Below are positions 28,223 to 39,334 of a stretch of DNA of 64,000 nt, piece by piece; the first letter of the stretch is position 1, and each line of letters begins with the position of its first letter. The position numbers were made by a program, and so were the translations under genes. Location: positions 416,001-480,000 of the forward strand of contig CAXWPJ010000010.1 in the NCBI GenBank assembly GCA_963664115.2, in the 5' to 3' direction. The notes beneath the pieces were generated by a model. That model saw only the letters and a list, made by a program, of their open reading frames with translations, did not search any database and had not been told where the DNA came from. This DNA comes from Terriglobia bacterium (GTDB lineage: Bacteria; Acidobacteriota; Terriglobia; 20CM-2-55-15).

Positions 28223-29263
28223 ATGGTTCCGATCGTGCACTTCGTGGGCAGCATCCCGCTGCCCGATGCCGAAACCGTGTTTCGCGATCTTTCGGCTGCG
28301 GTCGGCCCGCACCTGGTCCGGCTGCCCGACGGCGAGACGGGTATCCGTAAAAGCTGGATAAAATTTCTTCAAGACGTTCTGGCTGATTCTCGAGCAATAG
28401 AAATCGCCGATGACGTGCCACCGTTTCAGTTCGTGCAGCATGACGGTAAGGTGGTGCGCGAAATCCCGCTGCTCCGGATCATAGCGGGCGAACAACCCAG
28501 AGCGGAGGACTTTGAAACCGGCTACGCAGCCATGGCCATCGAGTCCTGGGGAATGTTCGATCGCCTTCAGAACGACGGTGTCATCCCGGAGGGCGTCAAG
28601 TTTCAGATTTCCATCCCGACGCCCATCGCACCGACCTACAACAATATGGTCCCCGCAGACCGGTCCGCGCTGCTGCCGGAACTTACGAGACACTTCATCG
28701 GTGAGGTCACCATGATCGCCCAGAGCTTGCCGAACGATCGGATCGCGATCCAGTGGGACGTGTGCCAGGAGGTGCTGGCTTGGGAGGGTTACTATCCAGA
28801 AGGATCCATCGATTTCAAGACTGAGACTCTCGGAGTACTCACCGAGATCGGTGATGCCGTGCCCGAGGGAATCGATCTCGGCTACCATCTCTGCTACGGC
28901 AGCCCAGCGGACGAGCACATGGTGCTACCGACCGACAGCGGTATCATGGTCGATATCGCCAACGCCGTAATTCGGCGCGTTAATAGAACCATCGAGTATT
29001 TTCATATGCCGGTGATCCAGAATCGCAGCGACGACGCGTACTTCGAGCCGATGAAACAGTTGAATCTGAAACCGAGGACGGCCCTTTATCTTGGCCTCAT
29101 CCACCGCGAGGATCACCGAGGGAACGCGGCCCGGCTTGCCACCGCCCGCCGTCACACGCGGGTTGATGGCGTCAGTACTGAATGCGGCATGGCGCGCGGC
29201 AACCCGGAGGGGTTTCCGGCCTTGCTGGCGGACCACGCGGACACTGCGAAACTTGAGGTCTGA
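28223..29263 (+). CDS. MetE/UROD-like (cobalamin-independent methionine synthase-like) protein
   Basis: VGSIPL, LPDGETG, IQWDV, GYHLCYG (HxC zinc site) and TECGMAR motifs. Confidence 0.75.
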   Translation: MVPIVHFVGSIPLPDAETVFRDLSAAVGPHLVRLPDGETGIRKSWIKFLQDVLADSRAIEIADDVPPFQFVQHDGKVVREIPLLRIIAGEQPRAEDFETGYAAMAIESWGMFDRLQNDGVIPEGVKFQISIPTPIAPTYNNMVPADRSALLPELTRHFIGEVTMIAQSLPNDRIAIQWDVCQEVLAWEGYYPEGSIDFKTETLGVLTEIGDAVPEGIDLGYHLCYGSPADEHMVLPTDSGIMVDIANAVIRRVNRTIEYFHMPVIQNRSDDAYFEPMKQLNLKPRTALYLGLIHREDHRGNAARLATARRHTRVDGVSTECGMARGNPEGFPALLADHADTAKLEV

Positions 29264-29387
29264 GCTGAGGTCCGAGACAGCGCATATGGAGTACGTGAGA
29301 CTATCCGAACTGAGCGCAGAATCCACAGAAGCAGTGCGGTCATAGACCGCACGACAAGACACGCGGCAAAGCCGCGGGGAGTTATAG

Positions 29388-30266
29388 ATGACGCGAGCCC
29401 GTTTTGTTTTTTTCAATGTTCTTCTGGTTACAGCAATGGTGTTGCTGAGCGTTTCGGTGCTAAAGGCCCAGGGCCAGCCGGATTACGAGACCATAGAGGT
29501 CGCCGACAACGTTTACATCTTCCGCTACGGTGGCAGTCAGTCGATGTTTTTGGTGACTCCTGAGGGCGTCATCGCGACCGATCCGATTAACGCTCAGGCT
29601 TCGCGCGTCTATTTGGAGGAGATCCGGAAGCTTACCTCCGAGCCCGTGCGATACGTAGTCTACAGCCATCATCATCTGGACCACGTCAGCGGCGGCGCGG
29701 TGTTTAAGGAAGCGGGTGCCACTTTTGTTGCACAGAGGCAGGCCAAGGCGGCTCTTCTCAGTCTCGACTCACCGAACGTCGTGATTCCTGACCTTCTCGT
29801 GGACGATCAGTCGGTCCTGACTCTCGGCGGTATGGAGTTGGAGCTTAATTTCGTCGGACGGAATCACAGCGATAACAGCCTGGTCATGCGAGTGCCTGAC
29901 GCCGGGGTCATATTCGCGGTCGATTTCCTTCCGGTTCGGGAACTGCCGTTCCGTAATTTTCCCGATTCCTATCTCCTCGAATATTTCGAATCGATCGACC
30001 GGGTTCTGGCAATGGACTGGGATCGTATGATTGCCGGCCACAGCCGTCAGGGCGGAATCGGAACGAAGGACGATATCCGTGCGCTTAAGGTCTATCTCGA
30101 TGAACTGTTCGCTTTGGTCCGGACGGCGAACGCCGAGGGACAGTGCTTCGACCAGGCGTTCGAGGAAATTCAGCTTCCAAGCGTCGCCACAGACTGGATA
30201 CGCCAGGAGTTTCTGCCCGGCAACATCGAGCGGATGTGTTACTTCTTCAGAAACGGCTATCGGTAG
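29388..30266 (+). CDS. Secreted MBL-fold metallo-hydrolase
   Basis: YSHHHLDH (HxHxDH), NHS, D and AGH motifs; signal peptide. Confidence 0.9.
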   Translation: MTRARFVFFNVLLVTAMVLLSVSVLKAQGQPDYETIEVADNVYIFRYGGSQSMFLVTPEGVIATDPINAQASRVYLEEIRKLTSEPVRYVVYSHHHLDHVSGGAVFKEAGATFVAQRQAKAALLSLDSPNVVIPDLLVDDQSVLTLGGMELELNFVGRNHSDNSLVMRVPDAGVIFAVDFLPVRELPFRNFPDSYLLEYFESIDRVLAMDWDRMIAGHSRQGGIGTKDDIRALKVYLDELFALVRTANAEGQCFDQAFEEIQLPSVATDWIRQEFLPGNIERMCYFFRNGYR

Positions 30267-30361
30267 CTACGAAGTGTGCCTGAATCACTATCGAGGTGAT
30301 TCGGGCGATTTCCGCACGCGTGCCGACGCCGTGGCGAACCGTGGGTGATGGTATCGATTTC

Positions 30362-30553
30362 ATGGCAAGCGAATCTCTCGAGGGTTCTCCTCTGGTGTCC
30401 GATAAATCTTCGGAAGCGGAGTAGGGCGACGCCGGCGTCGACCTGACTCTTGTCCGCTGGATGCTTTCGCTGACTTCCGCCGAACCCTTACAGGTGTTGC
30501 AGGAAAACGTCCGTTCGATCGAGAAGCTCCGTGGCCGATTCGCCAACCGTTGA
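30362..30553 (+). pseudogene. Small hypothetical protein with an internal stop
   Basis: Reads ...AE*GDAGVDLTLVRWMLSLTSAEPLQVLQ, with an in-frame TAG at 30422. It resembles small proteins usually paired with nucleotidyltransferases. Confidence 0.4.
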
Positions 30554-30561
30554 CTGGAATC

Positions 30562-31122
30562 TCAGCCCAACAGTTCGCTGACCTTGAAGCTCACGTTCGG
30601 GAAAGCCAGGACTTGGACCGAATCATCAGGATCCAAAGTGACCTGGGTTTGGTAGGAATGGCTTGAAGGATCCCGGTATACGAGCAGCCGATTTGCCTCA
30701 AGATCCTCTATCCAGACTTCGGTAACATTCGCAGCCGCATAACGATGTAACTTAACGCCGCGGTCGTATGCCAGCGTCGTGTCGGAAATCTCAAGTACCA
30801 GGAGGGCGTCGGACGCTTCGATATTCTTACCCCGACAGGTGTCCTTTCGGGGCCGCAACAGAACAACGTCCGGTTGAGGTTCCGTGTAGTCACTCAGTTG
30901 CAGGGGATTTTGAACGCTGACGACGGCCCGTCCCCGGAACGCCTCGGCGAATACCTGCGTCGCCCCGTTTACACACCCGGCATGCCGGATGCCGATTGGG
31001 CTCATCTGGATGATCTCGCCGTCGATGAGCTCCACCCTATCCTCCGGGGCGAAAATGCCAGCGTCGGCCATCTTGTAATACTCTTCGACGGTAAACAGCT
31101 TCTTAGGTGCTTCGATTCGCAT
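30562..31122 (-). CDS. Uma2 family (PD-(D/E)XK) endonuclease
   Basis: FTVEEYYKM, RVELIDGEII, EPQPD, LEISDTTLAYDRGVK and EVWI motifs. Confidence 0.92.
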   Translation of the reverse strand: MRIEAPKKLFTVEEYYKMADAGIFAPEDRVELIDGEIIQMSPIGIRHAGCVNGATQVFAEAFRGRAVVSVQNPLQLSDYTEPQPDVVLLRPRKDTCRGKNIEASDALLVLEISDTTLAYDRGVKLHRYAAANVTEVWIEDLEANRLLVYRDPSSHSYQTQVTLDPDDSVQVLAFPNVSFKVSELLG

Positions 31123-31279
31123 TTGGGATTTCCTGAGGGCTCAATCACACTCCGGCGCGGTGTGGATCGCATCAATACTCACTTCTGCTCCTGCAATCGA
31201 CCGTCCAGGGTTCGATCTGACGAAACTCTTGTGAAATTGGTGAAGCTTCAGATGGGAAGTCGTTATTTGTTTGGACTAG

Positions 31280-32817
31280 GAGTCTGCGCGGCAGAAGGAC
31301 GGAAATTGGGCGGATAAAGATCGAAGATAGGTCATGGCACGAACCTATCGGACTTATCGCCCAGAACAAACACTGCTGATACCACCGTCGTTGAGAGATT
31401 GGTTGGCCGAAGATCACCTGTCGTACTTCATATCGGACGTGGTGGACGCGATGGATTTGAGCGCGTTCGAACAGCGGTATGGAACCGACGGTCCGGGCAA
31501 TCAGGCGTTTGATCCGCGGATGATGGTGAAGGTGCTGATTTATGGGTACGCGACCGGAGTGTTCTCGTCCAGGAAGATCGCGGCGAAGTTGACCGACGAC
31601 GTGGCGTTCCGGATGTTGGGAGCGGAGAACTTTCCGGCGCACCGAACGATCTCGGATTTTCGCAAACTGCATCTTGAGGAGTTCGGAAACCTGTTTGTGC
31701 AAGTGGTGATGATGGCGCGGGAAGCGGGACTGGTGAAGATGGGAACCGTGGCGGTGGACGGGACCAAGATGCGGGCGAATGCAAGCAAACGCAAAGCGAT
31801 GAGCTATGAACGGATGAAGAAGCAGGAGACCGAATTGGGTGAACAGATTCGGGATCTGTTGAACCGGGCCGAGGCGACCGATGAGGACGAAGACCAGCGA
31901 TACGGCAAGGACCGGCGCGGAGACGAACTGCCCGAGGGGTTGTCGACCCGCAAGAAGCGATTGGCCACGATACAGGCGGCCATGAAGCGGCTCGAAGAAC
32001 GTCAGATGGCCGCGGACAAGGAAGCGGGACGGAACACCAAAGATCACAAACCCGGATGCGGAAAGAAGCCATTCAAACGTCCCATGGGGGAACCTAAACC
32101 TACGGCCCAGGACAACTTCACCGACCCGGAAAGCCGGATCATGAAGACCTCCACCGAAGGGTTCCAGCAATGCTACAACGCGCAAGCGGTGGTGGATTTC
32201 CAGGCCCGGATCATCGTGGCAACAACGGTGACTGACAATGCATCGGATGTGGGGCAGTTGGAACCCACGCTGGATGCGTTGAGCGACAATCTGGGGGAGC
32301 GTCCCGACCGCGTACTGGCCGATGCGGGATATCGATCCGAGTCAAATCTGGGGATGTTGGAACAACGTCAGATTGACGGGTATGTGGCGATGGGTCGCGA
32401 GAAGGATCTCGCCCGTGCCCCACTCCCACCCAAAGACACCGCTGTTGGTCGGATGATGAGAAAGATGAAAACCAAGCGTGGGCGTGACCGCTACCGGGCC
32501 CGAAAGCACATTGGTGAGCCGCCCTTCGGGTGGATCAAGTCGCTGCTCGGATTCCGACAGTTCAGTCTACGCGGTTTGGACAACGTGACCGGGGAGTGGA
32601 ATCTGGTCACTCTGGCGGTGAACTTACGACGGATGAATGGGAAGATCGAATGGGCATAATCCGGAAAACCGCAACCCGGCAGACCCGATACACGGCCAAT
32701 TGGGGGGTGTCCGTACAACTCTGAATTCGTCGTATCGGAAGAATCGGTCGGTTCTCCTCCGAAGACCCTCTCAAATCCCAATCAATCCGAGTTCTTTGCG
32801 CTCTGCCGCGCAGACTC
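31280..32817 (+). mobile_element. IS1182 family element
   Basis: Terminal IRs GAGTCTGCGCGGCAGA and TCTGCCGCGCAGACTC; CTAG duplicated at 31276-31279 and 32818-32821. Confidence 0.92.
31334..32659 (+). CDS. IS1182 family transposase
   Basis: GVFSSRKI, HRTISDFR, VDGTKMRANAS, TDPESRIM, ADAGY and EPPFGWIK motifs. Confidence 0.93.
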   Translation: MARTYRTYRPEQTLLIPPSLRDWLAEDHLSYFISDVVDAMDLSAFEQRYGTDGPGNQAFDPRMMVKVLIYGYATGVFSSRKIAAKLTDDVAFRMLGAENFPAHRTISDFRKLHLEEFGNLFVQVVMMAREAGLVKMGTVAVDGTKMRANASKRKAMSYERMKKQETELGEQIRDLLNRAEATDEDEDQRYGKDRRGDELPEGLSTRKKRLATIQAAMKRLEERQMAADKEAGRNTKDHKPGCGKKPFKRPMGEPKPTAQDNFTDPESRIMKTSTEGFQQCYNAQAVVDFQARIIVATTVTDNASDVGQLEPTLDALSDNLGERPDRVLADAGYRSESNLGMLEQRQIDGYVAMGREKDLARAPLPPKDTAVGRMMRKMKTKRGRDRYRARKHIGEPPFGWIKSLLGFRQFSLRGLDNVTGEWNLVTLAVNLRRMNGKIEWA

Positions 32818-33029
32818 CTAGGCGACGTTTTAATTTACAAAGCGACGGTTTTTTAGGCTGATGGAACCGGCACCGGTCCCATGAAGAATGGACGAGTGGC
32901 AGGCCCTGCCGTCGCTCGCAAGGCATAGAGTTCGGGTTTCCAAGGACAGGAATGGAGGCGGGTGATCACCTTCGAGGTTCTAAGTGACCGCACGGCAGCG
33001 GTCCTTGAAAGGATTCAGGCTCTTATCGC

Positions 33030-33776
33030 TCAACGTCCGTAAGCGAGGCGTTCGATGAGGTAGCGTGGCAGGCCGACCTTTTCCATCTTTTCCTGTGTGA
33101 CTTCGATCGAGTATTCGGCCCGATAAAACTCCAGCCGAAGCTCGTCGCTGTCCCATATCAGGAACGCGCTTCGTGTATCTCCGTCGCGGGGCTGACCGAC
33201 CGAACCGGGATTGATCAAATATTGCATGTCGTTGCGCAGATGTGTGGTGACTGAATCCTGGATATCTTTCTGAAGCTCTTCGACGATGTTGCCCGATCGG
33301 TCGCATGTGTAAACGGCCGGATGGTGGCTGTGTCCGAAGAAAGTGAGATGCATTTCGGTCAGGAGGAAGCTTTCGGCGGCGTGACTTTCCGCCATGATGT
33401 AATCATCTTCATCCGTGACTGCACCATGAACCAGTTGCGCCCGGGCGTCGATTTCGAGAGGGCCAACCGGCAGGGCACGCAGGTACGCATGGTTTTTTTC
33501 AGTCAGGGTGTTGCGCGTCCAGAATGCGGCGGCTTTTGCGTGGGGATTGAAGCCGGTCGGTTCGTCCTGGCCACAGGCGACGCGGTCGTGGTTGCCACGG
33601 ATGGTCACTGCCTGAAGGTCGCTGAGTTTTTCGACGGCTTCGTTCGGCTCAGGGCCGTAGCCGACGATGTCGCCACAGCAGATGACCGAATCGAATCCGG
33701 CTTCGTCGGCGCGCGCGAGACTGGCGTCCATTGCTGCCATGTTCGCGTGAATGTCGCTGAGCAAAAGGCGCCGCAT
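33030..33776 (-). CDS. Metallophosphoesterase family protein
   Basis: SDIHAN, GDIVGYG, RGNHD, HG, GHSH and NPGSVGQPRDG motifs. Confidence 0.93.
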   Translation of the reverse strand: MRRLLLSDIHANMAAMDASLARADEAGFDSVICCGDIVGYGPEPNEAVEKLSDLQAVTIRGNHDRVACGQDEPTGFNPHAKAAAFWTRNTLTEKNHAYLRALPVGPLEIDARAQLVHGAVTDEDDYIMAESHAAESFLLTEMHLTFFGHSHHPAVYTCDRSGNIVEELQKDIQDSVTTHLRNDMQYLINPGSVGQPRDGDTRSAFLIWDSDELRLEFYRAEYSIEVTQEKMEKVGLPRYLIERLAYGR

Positions 33777-33838
33777 TATCGTCTCAATCCGACCTCGTAG
33801 GTGCCGCATCGAGCCCTTCGGGCCCGGCCGTTGCCTGT

Positions 33839-34549
33839 GTGCCTTTGGTGTATGATGTCGCGATGAACCCCAAAGCTGTCATTGCCTTCTGCATTGCCCT
33901 CGCAGGCCTTGCAGCGGGTACCGGGGCACTCTCGGAAATCAACAGTGAGCAGGGGTCCGACGCTCTCCTCTGGGTGATGGTATCACGCTTCGGAATCGTG
34001 GCTGTTTTCGCGGCCCTCGGCATTTACTCTGCCCGGGAGAGCCGGATGAGGGCGTCGATCATACTGACGGCGGATGACCCCCGTGCCGCGTTTCAGGACC
34101 TCCTCAATTACGGCATCCTGCCCGGCTTCATGATCGGTCTCATCAATTACCTTTTCTTTTTTTTCAATCGCTATAGTCCCAGGATTGCCCCCAGGATTCG
34201 AGGTATGGAAGACGTTTACGATGCCTTTCTGGTCTCTCTCGATACGAGCATATTCGAGGAGGTCGTTTATCGTCTGTTCATCATGTCGTGCCTCATGTTT
34301 CTAATCCAGCACTTGTATCAGGGCATCAAATCCGTGTGGCCCGTTGTGGTTTCGGTTCTGCCCCGGGCCATGGCTCTGGTTCTTTCCTCCTTGTTGTTTG
34401 CGGTGGCACATAATGTTTATGGCTTCACCGGGGCTTTCTGCGGTGGCCTGATGTTGGGATTCATATTCATGAAGAGTGGTATCGAGAGCGCGATCGCGGC
34501 GCACTTCGTCGCGAACTTTCTGTTCTTCAGCGTGTCCTACCTGTCTTAA
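33839..34549 (+). CDS. CPBP (Abi/CAAX) intramembrane metalloprotease
   Basis: EEVVYR, FAVAH and AHFVAN motifs; multiple TM segments. Confidence 0.88.
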   Translation: MPLVYDVAMNPKAVIAFCIALAGLAAGTGALSEINSEQGSDALLWVMVSRFGIVAVFAALGIYSARESRMRASIILTADDPRAAFQDLLNYGILPGFMIGLINYLFFFFNRYSPRIAPRIRGMEDVYDAFLVSLDTSIFEEVVYRLFIMSCLMFLIQHLYQGIKSVWPVVVSVLPRAMALVLSSLLFAVAHNVYGFTGAFCGGLMLGFIFMKSGIESAIAAHFVANFLFFSVSYLS

Positions 34550-34594
34550 AAGACGGGGTTGGGCTTAGAGTAAGAGATTTCAAAGGCAACTCTC

Positions 34595-36097
34595 GTGAAA
34601 CGGGGAATACTGAGCATGCAAGCGAAAACATTGGGTGAGCTTCGGTCGGGTCCATACGGAACTTCACCGCACCGGGCTCGCTCCGTCAAGGATGAGATGC
34701 GGGCCAACCTTATTCAAAAACTGGCGACAGGTGAAGCAATATTTCCCGGCGTGTTGGGTTATGAAGACACCGTGGTGCCGCATGTTGTCAACGCGGTGCT
34801 ATCGCGTCACAACATGATCCTGCTGGGCTTGAGGGGACAGGCCAAGAGCCGCATCCTGCGCCAACTCGCCGACCTCCTCGATGCAGAGATTCCGGTTATT
34901 GACGGATGCGAGATCAAGGACCATCCGTTCCGTCCTATTTGCCGGCGTTGCCGGAACCTGGTTGCCAAAATGGGGGACGAAACACCCATTGCCTACATAT
35001 CGCGCGACGAGCGGTATGTCGAAAAACTGGCGACACCTGATGTGACCATCGCCGATATGATCGGAGACATCGATCCCATCAAAGCGGCCAAGAGCGGCGA
35101 ATCGCTTGGCAGTGAGTTGACGATTCACTATGGACTGCTACCGAGGGCGAACCGCGGAATCTTTTCGATTAACGAGCTTCCTGACCTGGCGGGCAAAATT
35201 CAGGTTGGCCTGTTCAACATCATGCAGGAAGGCGACGTTCAGATTAAGGGCTACCCGGTACGTCTTCCGCTGGATGTCGTATTAGTCTTTTCGGCGAATC
35301 CGGAAGACTACACGGCGCGCGGCAAAATCGTTACGCCGCTAAAAGACCGCATCGGTTCTGAAATCAAAACGCACTATCCGGCCCAGATCGAACACGGTGT
35401 GGCGATTACCAAACAGGAAGCCTGGACCGAACGCGACGGTAGCGATGTAAAGGTCCCCGAGTACCTGCGAGAGCTTGTCGAAGGAATCGCGTTCAAGGCG
35501 CGGACGGACCAACGGATCGATAAAGGATCGGGAGTGAGTCAACGGCTGCCGATTTCCTGTTTGGAAAACATGGTCAGCAATGCCGAGCGGCGGCGGATCT
35601 TGCTCGGAGAAGACGAGGCAGTCATACGTATTGTGGACGTTTATGCCGCGCTGCCCGCGATAACAGGCAAGCTCGAGCTCGAGTACGAGGGCGAACTGAA
35701 AGGCGCGGAATCTGTCGCGCGGGATCTGATCCGGCAGGCCGTGCAGGTGGTGTTCCGCAAGCAGTTTCCGAAGAGCGACTTTAAATCCGTGACCGAGTGG
35801 TTCGAGATGGGCGGAACGCTGAAGATGTCCGACATGGAAGCGCTCGCCGATGTCCTGGCCGTTTTGAGCAATGTTGAAGGCCTGATGGATCTGGTCGGTT
35901 CGCTGGGAATTGGAGCCGGCTCGTCCACGGGTGAACGTGTCTCTGCCGCGGAGTTTATTCTTGAAGGACTGTGTTCGCTCGACAAGATCACACGCTCTGA
36001 AGAAAGTATCTACCGCTCTTCCGAACGGAAGTCCGTTGACGACCTGTATCGGGATTACGCCATCGACCCGAAGCGTTTCAAGAAACCATTAAATTGA
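34595..36097 (+). CDS. AAA+ ATPase, magnesium chelatase ChlI-like
   Basis: GLRGQAKS Walker A, INELPDL Walker-B-like motif and ANPEDYT. Confidence 0.9.
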   Translation: MKRGILSMQAKTLGELRSGPYGTSPHRARSVKDEMRANLIQKLATGEAIFPGVLGYEDTVVPHVVNAVLSRHNMILLGLRGQAKSRILRQLADLLDAEIPVIDGCEIKDHPFRPICRRCRNLVAKMGDETPIAYISRDERYVEKLATPDVTIADMIGDIDPIKAAKSGESLGSELTIHYGLLPRANRGIFSINELPDLAGKIQVGLFNIMQEGDVQIKGYPVRLPLDVVLVFSANPEDYTARGKIVTPLKDRIGSEIKTHYPAQIEHGVAITKQEAWTERDGSDVKVPEYLRELVEGIAFKARTDQRIDKGSGVSQRLPISCLENMVSNAERRRILLGEDEAVIRIVDVYAALPAITGKLELEYEGELKGAESVARDLIRQAVQVVFRKQFPKSDFKSVTEWFEMGGTLKMSDMEALADVLAVLSNVEGLMDLVGSLGIGAGSSTGERVSAAEFILEGLCSLDKITRSEESIYRSSERKSVDDLYRDYAIDPKRFKKPLN

Positions 36098-36115
36098 TAC
36101 GCCGATTCGAGACCC

Positions 36116-37360
36116 ATGCCCAAGATCAAGTACACGAAGTACACACCCTTGCTGCTGGACGGATTGAGCATTGAAGACCTGCTCGATTCGCTCTCGGATT
36201 TCCTTTTGCAGAGCGGATACCAGTACGGATTCGAAGATGCCACCCGCCCACGCAATATGGACTCATTGCGTCAGGCCATCATGGAGAAGCTGGTCGAAAC
36301 GGGCCGGATTCCACCAAAGCTGATGGAGGAGTGGATGAACGATCCCAACGAAGGTGAGGGTGGGGAAATGGACAAGATGCTGGACGATCTGATCCGGCGG
36401 ATGGTGGATGGCGGATGGATTCAGCAGCATCTGGAAGGCGACGCTCCACCTCCGCCTCAAGATGGAACCGGGACCGAGGAAGAAGCGCAAGGCGAAGCGC
36501 GTTTTGAAATGACCGACCAGTCGATCGACTTTCTCGGCTTCCGCGCACTGCGCCATCTCCTGGGGTCGTTAGGTAAGAGTAGTTTCGGGCGTCACGAAAC
36601 GGCTCACCTCTCCACGGGCGTCGAAGCGTATCAGTCATCGAAACCCTACGAGTTCGGCGACACCTTGAACCTCGACATCAGTCAAACGCTGTTGAGCGCG
36701 TTGTCGCGTGAGGGTCTGGGTGTGCCGATTAACATCGAGGCGAGCGATCTCCAGGTACACCAGGCCGACTATGAAAGCTCATGCGCTACCGTATTGATGC
36801 TCGATACCAGCCACAGCATGATTCTTTACGGTGAAGACCGATTTACTCCGGCCAAGCGCGTGGCGCTGGCTCTGTCCCATCTCATTCGCACGCAGTATCC
36901 CGGCGATTCGCTGAGGATGGTGTTGTTTCACGATTCGGCTGAAGAGATCCCTTTCAAGAAGCTTGCCCGTGCTGTGGTGGGTCCTTACCACACGAACACA
37001 CGTGAAGGTTTGCGCCTGGCTCGGAAGATTCTGATGTCGGAAAAGAAAGATATGCGCCAGATCATCATGATTACCGATGGCAAACCCTCGGCCATGACGC
37101 TGCCAAACGGACGCATTTACAAGAACGCTTTCGGTTTGGACCCGGTCATTCTTGAAGAGACCTTCAAGGAAGTCGCTATTTGCCGCAAGGCCGGTATCCT
37201 GATCAATACCTTTATGCTCGCAAACGACCGATACCTGGTGGAATTCGTCAAGAAGGTGACGGAAATCGCGCGTGGCAAAGCCTACTTCACCTCAACCGCC
37301 ACGTTGGGTCAGTACCTGCTGATGGATTACCTGAAGAAGAAAGTGGAAACCATACACTAA
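36116..37360 (+). CDS. VWA domain-containing protein (partner of the AAA ATPase)
   Basis: MIDAS motif LDTSHSM, plus HTNT and ITDGKP. Confidence 0.9.
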   Translation: MPKIKYTKYTPLLLDGLSIEDLLDSLSDFLLQSGYQYGFEDATRPRNMDSLRQAIMEKLVETGRIPPKLMEEWMNDPNEGEGGEMDKMLDDLIRRMVDGGWIQQHLEGDAPPPPQDGTGTEEEAQGEARFEMTDQSIDFLGFRALRHLLGSLGKSSFGRHETAHLSTGVEAYQSSKPYEFGDTLNLDISQTLLSALSREGLGVPINIEASDLQVHQADYESSCATVLMLDTSHSMILYGEDRFTPAKRVALALSHLIRTQYPGDSLRMVLFHDSAEEIPFKKLARAVVGPYHTNTREGLRLARKILMSEKKDMRQIIMITDGKPSAMTLPNGRIYKNAFGLDPVILEETFKEVAICRKAGILINTFMLANDRYLVEFVKKVTEIARGKAYFTSTATLGQYLLMDYLKKKVETIH

Positions 37361-37419
37361 CGTTCCGTCTCCCCCGCCGATCGCATTCGGTTTCCGCCCT
37401 TAACATTTTTCCAGACAAC

Positions 37420-37444
37420 AAAAAGCCCCGCCAAGCGGCGGGGC
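37420..37444 (-). terminator. Intrinsic terminator hairpin (possibly bidirectional)
   Basis: GCCCCGCC-AAGC-GGCGGGGC with an adjacent A-tract at 37420-37424, which is a U-tract on the minus strand. Confidence 0.7.
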
Positions 37445-37873
37445 ACAATAAGTTTTTTCTCTTTACAACTCTTGCTCACCTAACTTGGGTAAGCAGCTTG
37501 TGTGGTTATTTGTAAAAGAAGTGCACGCAAAATTCAAAAGAAAAATAACACTTCCTTTTCAAAACGAAACACGAGAGTTAACGTCTTAACACGCGCGCTG
37601 TGAAACCCGTACCAGTTCAGCGTTACAGCGCGCCGTTCGATGAGTATTGAAAAGGCAGACTCAAAATTTTTTCAAAAAAAATAACGACATGCATTGCGAA
37701 TGCGTTTCAAAGCGATGTGCGCGAAGAAAAACGCAGCAAATTGTTTCTCACCAACTTTGTTTCGAACGAGGCGCGAATGTTCATTAGAAGCGCACCCGCT
37801 CGCGTGAACTTCCCGGCCGTATTTACCGAAGAGAGCTATCCTTATGGAAAGTCCTGTTGATAAACTTTGAGCA

Positions 37874-39334
37874 TTGCCATGGAGCGAAGAACTTCCTCGG
37901 CACCCAGTCCGTAAGAGAGTCTGCAAGAGATCTATGAGTGTGATGAAGAAATTATTAATTGCTGTACTTCTGATTGCTGTTGTTGGCGGTGCAGTGACCA
38001 CCGTCGTCGTCCGGCGAAATCGCGACATTGTGTTGGTTGACACCGAACGTGTGTTCCGTCAGGACCTGGCTCAGTCTATTGTTGCCAACGGTGAAATCCG
38101 GCCTAAGCAGTACGTCAACATCAGCTCGAATGCTTTTGGCCGCATCGTGAGCTTGCCGGTGAGCGAGGGCGACCAGGTGGACACGGCGCAATTTCTGGCG
38201 CAGATCGAATCGGTGCAGACCGAGGCTGAAGTGCAAAGCGCGCAGGCGGGTCTGGACGCAGCGGCTTCCGAACTTGAAGGCATGGAGGCGTCGATCCGAT
38301 CAGGGGAAGCATCCCTGGCCAGCGCCGAAGCGGAGAAGAGAAGAATCGAGGCAGACTTCGCCCGTTCGGAACTGGAATTCGACCGCGCAAAGGAAATGTT
38401 GGAAGAAGGGTTGATTTCGCGCGAGCAATTCGACCGGCAGGAATCGGCGTTCCGTGTGGGGATTGCCCAGGTCGAAGCGGCGGATGCGCGCATCGCCCAG
38501 GCCGATGCCGAATCGGCACGGATGCGGACCCAACGGGACGGATTGACGTTTCGGATGGGACAGCAACGTGCGGCCCTGACCCGGGCCCGCGATGAACTGA
38601 GGAAGACGACGATCACTTCTCCGCTCTCGGGAGTGATCACATACTTGCCGGTCAACGAAGGCGAGATCGCCATTGTTGGTGTTCAGAACCAGCCGGGAAC
38701 AACCCTGATGACTATAGCTGACCTTTCGGTAATCACGGCCGAACTCAGGGTGGATGAAACCGATATCGTGAGTCTCAAACTTGGCCAGAGAACTGAAGTT
38801 CGTGTGGATGCTTTAGGCGACCGCATCCTGGGCGGATACGTTTCCGAGATTGGCAATACCGCGCTTACGGAAGGTGGTGGGGGTGTCGTTTCCACCACGC
38901 CCACTACAGATCAGGCCAAAGACTTTAAAGTCGTCATTACGCTGGATGACCCTCCGGACGAGTTGCGTCCGGGCCTCTCGTGCACGGCAAGCATTGAAAC
39001 CGCCATGGAGTCCAACGTTCTCACGATTCCGATTCAGGCGCTGACCATCCGCGAAATCGATGAAATCGATGTTCCCGATTTTGTGGAAAATCCAGTCGTC
39101 ATACCGTCCAGGCCCGGAGAACCCGCCAAGGTCGAACAGGAAGGCGTATTCGTGGTCAACGGCGAGACCGTAATCTTTGGGCCGGTTCAGACCGGTATTT
39201 TCGGTACCACGGATGTCGAAATAGTGAACGGTCTTGCCGAAGGCGACGAAATTGTTACCGGAAGCTACCGGGTCCTTCGAACACTCGAAGAGGATGCGCG
39301 GGTCAGGGTCGAAGACAACGATGAAAGTTCGTGA
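37874..39334 (+). CDS. MacA/HlyD-like periplasmic adaptor subunit
   Basis: N-terminal [16 protein letters not shown], coiled-coil hairpin, VDETDI and LRPGLS; the start is probably near 37934. Confidence 0.9.
   Translation: MPWSEELPRHPVRKRVCKRSMSVMKKLLIAVLLIAVVGGAVTTVVVRRNRDIVLVDTERVFRQDLAQSIVANGEIRPKQYVNISSNAFGRIVSLPVSEGDQVDTAQFLAQIESVQTEAEVQSAQAGLDAAASELEGMEASIRSGEASLASAEAEKRRIEADFARSELEFDRAKEMLEEGLISREQFDRQESAFRVGIAQVEAADARIAQADAESARMRTQRDGLTFRMGQQRAALTRARDELRKTTITSPLSGVITYLPVNEGEIAIVGVQNQPGTTLMTIADLSVITAELRVDETDIVSLKLGQRTEVRVDALGDRILGGYVSEIGNTALTEGGGGVVSTTPTTDQAKDFKVVITLDDPPDELRPGLSCTASIETAMESNVLTIPIQALTIREIDEIDVPDFVENPVVIPSRPGEPAKVEQEGVFVVNGETVIFGPVQTGIFGTTDVEIVNGLAEGDEIVTGSYRVLRTLEEDARVRVEDNDESS

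Noticed and set aside
30394-30420. Fifth dif-like site (GTCCGATAAATCTTCGGAAG)
   Set aside because: The spacer and arm spacing do not fit the 11-6-11 consensus, and it lies inside a small ORF relic.
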